A stretch of DNA of 64,000 bases. It comes from Desulfobulbaceae bacterium (GTDB lineage Bacteria; Desulfobacterota; Desulfobulbia; Desulfobulbales; Desulfobulbaceae). The translations under genes and the position numbers were made by a program. The notes beneath the pieces were generated by a model. That model was not told where the DNA came from. It did not search any database and worked only from the letters and a program-made list of their open reading frames with translations. The DNA lies in the NCBI GenBank assembly GCA_013201405.1, contig JABMJC010000001.1, positions 13,878 through 77,877 on the forward strand. Direction: 5' to 3'. Positions 59,045 to 64,000 of the stretch are shown here, one piece after another (the first letter of the stretch is position 1; every line of letters starts with the position of its first letter).

Positions 59045-59416
59045 ATGAAACGCTCCATTTTCTTCTTGCTTACCATGCTGCTTGTGCTGCTGGGCGGTTG
59101 CCATTCCAAGCCGGTGCGGCATCTGGCCTCTGATGTCTCGCTGATCCAGCCGGGCGTGACCACACTCACCGAAGTGCATCAGTACCTTGGCGAACCCAAG
59201 GGAATTCGTGAGGTGTCGCCGGGGGTCAAGGAATATGTTTACTCAGAAGACACGATCAGTTTTTGGGGAAAAATGCCGGTGCTCGGCTCCATGGTGGGGC
59301 CCAGCGGCTATGAAATGATTATCCTCACCATGCAAGAAGAGGTGGTGCAAGACGTGGTTTTCCGCAATTTCAATGAAAAAGACCGTGATTGGGTCAAGCA
59401 TTATACCTGGGAATAG
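59045..59416 (+). CDS. Lipoprotein with a SmpA/BamE-like domain
   Basis: Lipobox LGGC; IQPGVTT..EV..YLGEP pattern. Confidence 0.7.
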   Translation: MKRSIFFLLTMLLVLLGGCHSKPVRHLASDVSLIQPGVTTLTEVHQYLGEPKGIREVSPGVKEYVYSEDTISFWGKMPVLGSMVGPSGYEMIILTMQEEVVQDVVFRNFNEKDRDWVKHYTWE

Positions 59417-59430
59417 TAGTGGTGCTCTCC

Positions 59431-60075
59431 TTGTCTTCCTTTACCATCAACCGTGAACGAATGATTCAGGAGCAGCTTCTGGCCCGCGGCATTGAGGATG
59501 TGCGCGTGTTGGAAGTTATGCGACAAACGCCGCGGCACATCTTTGTGGAAGATGCCCTCAAGGAGCAGGCCTACGGCGATTTTCCCATGCCCATTGGTTG
59601 CGGCCAGACCATCTCCCAGCCCTACATTGTAGCCCTGATGACCGAGGCCCTGGAGCTGCAGGGCCATGAAAAGGTGCTGGAGGTGGGCACTGGCTCCGGC
59701 TATCAGGCAGTAGTGTTGGCACAGCTCTGTGCCCGGGTTTATACGGTGGAACGGGTCGAACTCCTGATGAACCGGGCCCGGCGCCTCTTTGATCGTCTGC
59801 GCTGCCATAACATCAGTTCTCGTCTGGACGATGGCACCATTGGCTGGCCTGCTGAGGCTCCTTTTGATCGCATTATCGTGACCGCTGCCGGGCCGCAGGT
59901 GCCGGCGCCCCTGTTGGAACAACTGGCTGATCCGGGTCGCCTGATCATGCCGGTGGGCAGTCGTTCTGAGCAAATGCTGCAGGTGGTGGAACTGATCCAA
60001 GGCGAGTTGCGGGTGCACGATATCACTCCGGTGCGTTTTGTCGATTTGATCGGTGCCCACGGCTGGGCTGACTGA
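59431..60075 (+). CDS. pcm: Protein-L-isoaspartate O-methyltransferase
   Basis: PRH.FV, GQTISQP, VLEVGTGSGYQA, APFDRIIVTAA; start uncertain (59419-59461). Confidence 0.93.
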   Translation: MSSFTINRERMIQEQLLARGIEDVRVLEVMRQTPRHIFVEDALKEQAYGDFPMPIGCGQTISQPYIVALMTEALELQGHEKVLEVGTGSGYQAVVLAQLCARVYTVERVELLMNRARRLFDRLRCHNISSRLDDGTIGWPAEAPFDRIIVTAAGPQVPAPLLEQLADPGRLIMPVGSRSEQMLQVVELIQGELRVHDITPVRFVDLIGAHGWAD

Positions 60076-60178
60076 GAAACGACGCCAACTGCTCCTGATT
60101 CAGGTTGGAGCACCTTTGCCTTGCTCTTTTCGGCCGTAGGTAATTGGTGCGGCTTGCCTTTCTCTTCTTTAGTTGTTC

Positions 60179-62002
60179 ATGACTTATCTCAACAGCAATG
60201 ATTTTCTCGACCTTTTGGTGCAACAACAGCTGTTGAGCCCCAGCCAGCGTCAATTTGTCGAGCAGAATCGGGCAAGGCAGGCACAAAAACTGCTGCGCCA
60301 GTTTGGTGGCCGTCGCCGTGACGATATCAACCGCCAACACAAGGGTTTTCCCGACCTGGTGGACATTATTCTCTCCTTGGGCATGCAAACTCCCGGTCCG
60401 AATCCGGTGCCCATTACCGAGGAGCTGATGCTGCGGCTGGTCAGTCGGGCGCACAAAATCCCCTTTAAAAAGCTGGACCCGCTCAAGCTGGATATAGACG
60501 TGGTCACCAAGACCATTCCCAAAAGCTTTGCCATCCGCCACCTGCTTTTGCCTTTTGCCCTGCAAAATGGCGTGTTGCAGGTAGCCACCTACTATCCCGA
60601 CAACCAGCTCGCGCTGGAGGACGTGGAGCGGGTGTCCCAGGTAAAGACAGTGCCTTTCCTTACTCCCAAGGAAGACATCAAGAAAATACTGGCCGAGTTT
60701 TTTGGTTTTCAACGTTCGATTAGTGCTGCGGAATCCCAGTTCGGGGTGGCGGAGGGCAACGCAGCCATTGATATTGGTAACTTAGAGCAATACGTTCGCC
60801 TGTCTACCGCCCAGGAGCTCAGCTCCACCGATCAGCACATCAAGGCAGCAGTGAACCATTTGTTCACCTATGCCCTGGAACAACGGGCCAGCGATATCCA
60901 CATCGAGCCCAAGCGCGATATGTGCGTGGTGCGCTACCGCATCGATGGGGTGTTGCACACCATCTACAAGCTGCCCAAGGCAGTGCATTCGGCCATCACT
61001 TCGCGCATCAAGGGTTTGGCCAGGCTGGATATTGCAGAAAAGCGCCGCCCCCAGGATGGCCGCATCAAAATCGGTCGCAGCGAAGAGGGGGCATTGGAGG
61101 CGGAAGTGCGCGTGTCTTCGGTGCCGGTGGCCTTTGGTGAAAAAACGGTCATGCGTATCCTTAATCCGGAGGTCATTTTTCAGAACCTGGATGACCTCGG
61201 TTTTTCCCAGCGCGACCGGGTGGTCTATAATAGTTTTATGGCTTCGTCCCATGGTTTGGTTTTTGTCACTGGCCCCACGGGTAGCGGTAAATCGACCACC
61301 CTCTATTCTACCCTGAAGCAGATCGCCACCCCGGAGAAAAACATCATCACCGTGGAAGATCCGGTGGAGATGGTGTATGAAGAGTTCAATCAGATTGCGG
61401 TACAGAGCCAGATAGATGTGACCTTTTCCACTATTTTGCGCAATATCCTGCGCCAGGATCCGGATATCATCATGATTGGTGAAATCCGCGACCTGGAAAC
61501 CGCCACCCATGCGGTGCAGGCAGCGCTCACCGGGCATCTGGTCTTTTCCACCCTGCACACCAACGATGCCGTTTCCACCATCCTGCGCCTGGAGGATTTG
61601 GGTTTGGAGCCGTTTCTGATTGCCTCCACCATGTTGGGTGCACTGGCGCAGCGACTGGTGCGGCGTATCTGCCCACACTGCGCCGAAACGTACAGTGTGG
61701 ATGGCGATAACTTGGCCAGACTGGGCTTCCCGGTTTCTGGCAGGGAAAGTATTGAGCTTTCGCGCGGCAAGGGCTGTCAGCACTGTCGCAACACCGGCTA
61801 TCTTGGCCGCATGGGCATCTTCGAGGTTTTTTCCATGTCTGGCCAAATGAAAACACTCATTGCCAACCGGGCCACGGATACAGAACTGAGACAGGTGGCC
61901 ATCCGCGAAGGCATGACCACCCTGCGGGAGGATGCCTGGCGCAAGGTGCGGGCCGGACAGACCACAGTGGAAGAGGCTTTGCGGGTAACGAGCGAGGCCT
62001 GA
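60179..62002 (+). CDS. GspE/PilB-family secretion ATPase
   Basis: ASDIHIEP, PQDGRI, GPTGSGKST, LRQDPDIIMIGEIRD, GHLVFSTLHTN, CPHC..CQHC. Confidence 0.92.
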   Translation: MTYLNSNDFLDLLVQQQLLSPSQRQFVEQNRARQAQKLLRQFGGRRRDDINRQHKGFPDLVDIILSLGMQTPGPNPVPITEELMLRLVSRAHKIPFKKLDPLKLDIDVVTKTIPKSFAIRHLLLPFALQNGVLQVATYYPDNQLALEDVERVSQVKTVPFLTPKEDIKKILAEFFGFQRSISAAESQFGVAEGNAAIDIGNLEQYVRLSTAQELSSTDQHIKAAVNHLFTYALEQRASDIHIEPKRDMCVVRYRIDGVLHTIYKLPKAVHSAITSRIKGLARLDIAEKRRPQDGRIKIGRSEEGALEAEVRVSSVPVAFGEKTVMRILNPEVIFQNLDDLGFSQRDRVVYNSFMASSHGLVFVTGPTGSGKSTTLYSTLKQIATPEKNIITVEDPVEMVYEEFNQIAVQSQIDVTFSTILRNILRQDPDIIMIGEIRDLETATHAVQAALTGHLVFSTLHTNDAVSTILRLEDLGLEPFLIASTMLGALAQRLVRRICPHCAETYSVDGDNLARLGFPVSGRESIELSRGKGCQHCRNTGYLGRMGIFEVFSMSGQMKTLIANRATDTELRQVAIREGMTTLREDAWRKVRAGQTTVEEALRVTSEA

Positions 62003-62022
62003 TGTAGGCAGCGGAGACACGT

Positions 62023-62484
62023 ATGGGGCAGAAAATAGTTGGCAGAAACAAGAAAGCCTTCCATGATTACTTTATCGAGGAAACCATGGAGGCGGGCATG
62101 GTGCTCACCGGGCCGGAGGTGAAGTCGCTGCGGGCGGGCAAGGTTAATTTGCGCGATGGTTATGCCCAAATTAAGAACGGTGAGGTGTATCTGTACAATG
62201 TACACATTTCGACTTACAGCTATGCCACCAACATGCAGCAAGATCCTTTGCGTGCACGCAAGTTGTTGTTGCATCGGCGAGAAATCCGCAAGCTCATCGG
62301 TAAGTTGCACGAGAAAGGGCTTGCTTTAATACCAATTAAGATATATTTTGTAGGGAGTGGTAAGGCTAAGGTTGAATTGGGTCTTGCCCGCGGCAAAAAA
62401 CTCTACGACAAGCGTGCCGCACTCAAAGAACGGGAATCCAGCCGCGAAATCGAGCGCTCCATGCGCCGCGGCCGGGACGAATAA
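62023..62484 (+). CDS. smpB: SsrA-binding protein
   Basis: [41 protein letters not shown]. Confidence 0.97.
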   Translation: MGQKIVGRNKKAFHDYFIEETMEAGMVLTGPEVKSLRAGKVNLRDGYAQIKNGEVYLYNVHISTYSYATNMQQDPLRARKLLLHRREIRKLIGKLHEKGLALIPIKIYFVGSGKAKVELGLARGKKLYDKRAALKERESSREIERSMRRGRDE

Positions 62485-62518
62485 ATTCGCGGTTTAACCG
62501 CGCCTAGAAACATAAGAT

Positions 62519-62878
62519 GGGGGCGAAACGGATTCGACGGGGATATTGAAGCTTATGTTGCATGCCGAGTTTCTGCCGGCTCGTTAAAATGGCGGAACTA
62601 AATATAATCGCAGACGATTATAACTACGCACTCGCCGCTTAATCGCGGTTGATGCCGTTCCACCGGCCTTCGCCCACTGGGCCGGATTCGGAGCGTCGAC
62701 TTCGTGGGCTGGCTTGAAGCGGGTGTCTGAACTGTAACAAGCGAGATCTTTTCAGGCTGGCAGCAGGTTCTCCTGTTTCGGGTGAGCGCCTGCTGTAAGA
62801 TTATGACCCGGAACTACGCATGTAGATACAGAAGGGGAGAATTTCCGGACGCGGGTTCAACTCCCGCCGCCTCCACCA
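62519..62878 (+). ncRNA. ssrA: tmRNA; tag peptide (A)ADDYNYALAA at 62610-62642
   Basis: 5' GGGGGCG pairs with 3' CGCCTCC-ACCA including a G3.U; GGATTCGAC and GGTTCAACTCCC loops; tag ORF ends ALAA-stop. Confidence 0.97.
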
Positions 62879-62909
62879 AATCACATTCCAGAGACATCTA
62901 GTACAATAC

Positions 62910-62945
62910 ATAAACCCGCTACCAATCAAGGTTAGCGGGTTTTTT
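62910..62945 (+). terminator. Terminator-like hairpin downstream of ssrA
   Basis: AAACCCGCTA/TAGCGGGTTT stem plus T-run. Confidence 0.65.
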
Positions 62946-62973
62946 GTTGTCTAGTGAGTTCTAGGGTATTCCC

Positions 62974-63012
62974 TTGACATCCGGGGGCACGAGGGGGCAT
63001 AATCGGGGGCAT
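62974..63012 (+). promoter_or_regulatory. Integrase promoter overlapped by three GGGGGCA direct repeats
   Basis: TTGACA-N18-CATAAT; GGGGGCA at 62983, 62993 and 63005. Confidence 0.55.
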
Positions 63013-63042
63013 ACCCATGTACCCCCAAAGGAGATGCCCCCA

Positions 63043-64000
63043 ATGCCCCTTACAGACGCTCAGATCAGGCAGTTACAGCCAAAAGAGAAGCCATACAAAA
63101 CCTTTGACGGTGGGGGCCTGTATATTGAGGTTTTCCCTGACGGTGCTAAGCGGTGGCGCTACAAGTATCGTTTTGGCGGCAAGGAAAAACGCCTTGCTCT
63201 TGGCGTCTACCCGAAAGTCGGGTTGAAGGACGCACGGAAAAAGCACACAGAGGCAAGGGCACGGTTGAGCGAAGGTCTGGATCCTTCTGAGGTGAAGAAG
63301 GCCACAGCAGCCGCTCAAGAGGGCGAGAACAGCTTTGCCGCTATCGCCCATGAATGGCACGGTAAGTTTGCAGCCGTGCAGTGGTCTGATTCGCACGCTA
63401 AAAATATCATGGCCCGCCTACAGAAGAATGTCTTCCCCTGGCTGGGTTCCCGCCCGGTGCACGAGATAAGCGCGCCGGAAATCATCAGGGTGCTGCGCCT
63501 TATCGAAGAAAGGGGACACCTGGAAACATTGCACCGCACCCTAAATAACTGCGGCCAGGTCTTCCGCTATGCCATTGCCACAAGCCGGGCCACCAGCGAC
63601 CCCACCTACAAACTTGGCGAGGCATTCCCCAAACCGGTCAAAAAACACTTCAGCGCAATCACTAACCCGGAAGAACTGGGACGCCTGCTGGTGGCAATCG
63701 ACAACTATCACGGTGAGCTTGTCGTCAAATGCGCCCTGCAATTGGCAGCCCTTACCTTTCTGCGCCCCAACGAGCTGCGCTTAGCCAGGTGGGATGAATT
63801 CCACTATGAAACAGCAGAGTGGATTATACCTATTGCCCGCATGAAGCGGTTACGACGCGATAAAGAAGCCAACCCCAAGGAAGTACACATTGTACCCTTG
63901 GCCAGACAAACACTGGACATCCTGCGGCAGCTGCGCCCATTAACTGGTGACGGTGCTCTGGTGTTCCCCGGCTTCCGGGGCAAAGGTCGCCCCCTGAGTG
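63043..64000 (+). CDS. P4-like tyrosine recombinase/integrase (truncated at window end)
   Basis: Manual translation: MPLTDAQIRQLQPKEKPYKTFDGGGLYIEV..KRWRYKYRFGGKEKRLALGVYP (arm-binding domain); FLRPNELR catalytic Arg box; HIVPL; AAGGAG RBS. Confidence 0.93.
   Translation, partial: MPLTDAQIRQLQPKEKPYKTFDGGGLYIEVFPDGAKRWRYKYRFGGKEKRLALGVYPKVGLKDARKKHTEARARLSEGLDPSEVKKATAAAQEGENSFAAIAHEWHGKFAAVQWSDSHAKNIMARLQKNVFPWLGSRPVHEISAPEIIRVLRLIEERGHLETLHRTLNNCGQVFRYAIATSRATSDPTYKLGEAFPKPVKKHFSAITNPEELGRLLVAIDNYHGELVVKCALQLAALTFLRPNELRLARWDEFHYETAEWIIPIARMKRLRRDKEANPKEVHIVPLARQTLDILRQLRPLTGDGALVFPGFRGKGRPLS

Larger units (their letters stand above)
62879..64000. mobile_element. Left end of a probable ssrA-integrated genomic island or prophage satellite
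   Basis: Integrase about 165 nt downstream of the ssrA 3' end, same orientation. Confidence 0.75.

Noticed and set aside
60782-62020. 412-aa minus-strand ORF
   Set aside because: Antisense shadow of the GspE/PilB ATPase
1-64000. CRISPR arrays, rRNA genes, IS elements, selenocysteine or pyrrolysine recoding
   Set aside because: No regularly spaced repeats, rRNA motifs, transposase motifs or in-frame stops within conserved genes were seen

Overview
Mostly core chromosome from a GC-rich bacterium, probably Desulfobacterota/Desulfobulbaceae-like (inferred from gene content and the tmRNA tag ADDYNYALAA). It holds about 45 housekeeping and metabolic genes (folC, uvrD/pcrA, nagZ, moeA, alaS, acs, valS, nadC, rnc, dGTPase, prfB with its programmed +1 frameshift, lnt, corC, putA, htpG, pcm, smpB), a tRNA-Cys(GCA) and a tmRNA. 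A P4-like integrase beside the tmRNA 3' end marks the start of a probable island that runs off the window. The most unusual locus is a compact operon behind alaS: a divergent FabF-like ketosynthase, a dedicated ACP and two paralogous CrtI/RetSat-like flavoproteins, with no carotenoid genes. This is a candidate O2-independent acyl-ACP tailoring (lipid) system of unknown product. Also notable are an iorAB-paaK-ACT-livHMGF-paaK aryl-acid module lacking a binding protein, and a FadR-family regulator/putA operon with a perfect palindromic operator filling the promoter spacer. Two real CDSs (sensor protein at the left edge, integrase at the right edge) are absent from the ORF track because they are truncated. 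All family assignments come from motif recognition by eye; no database searches were run.
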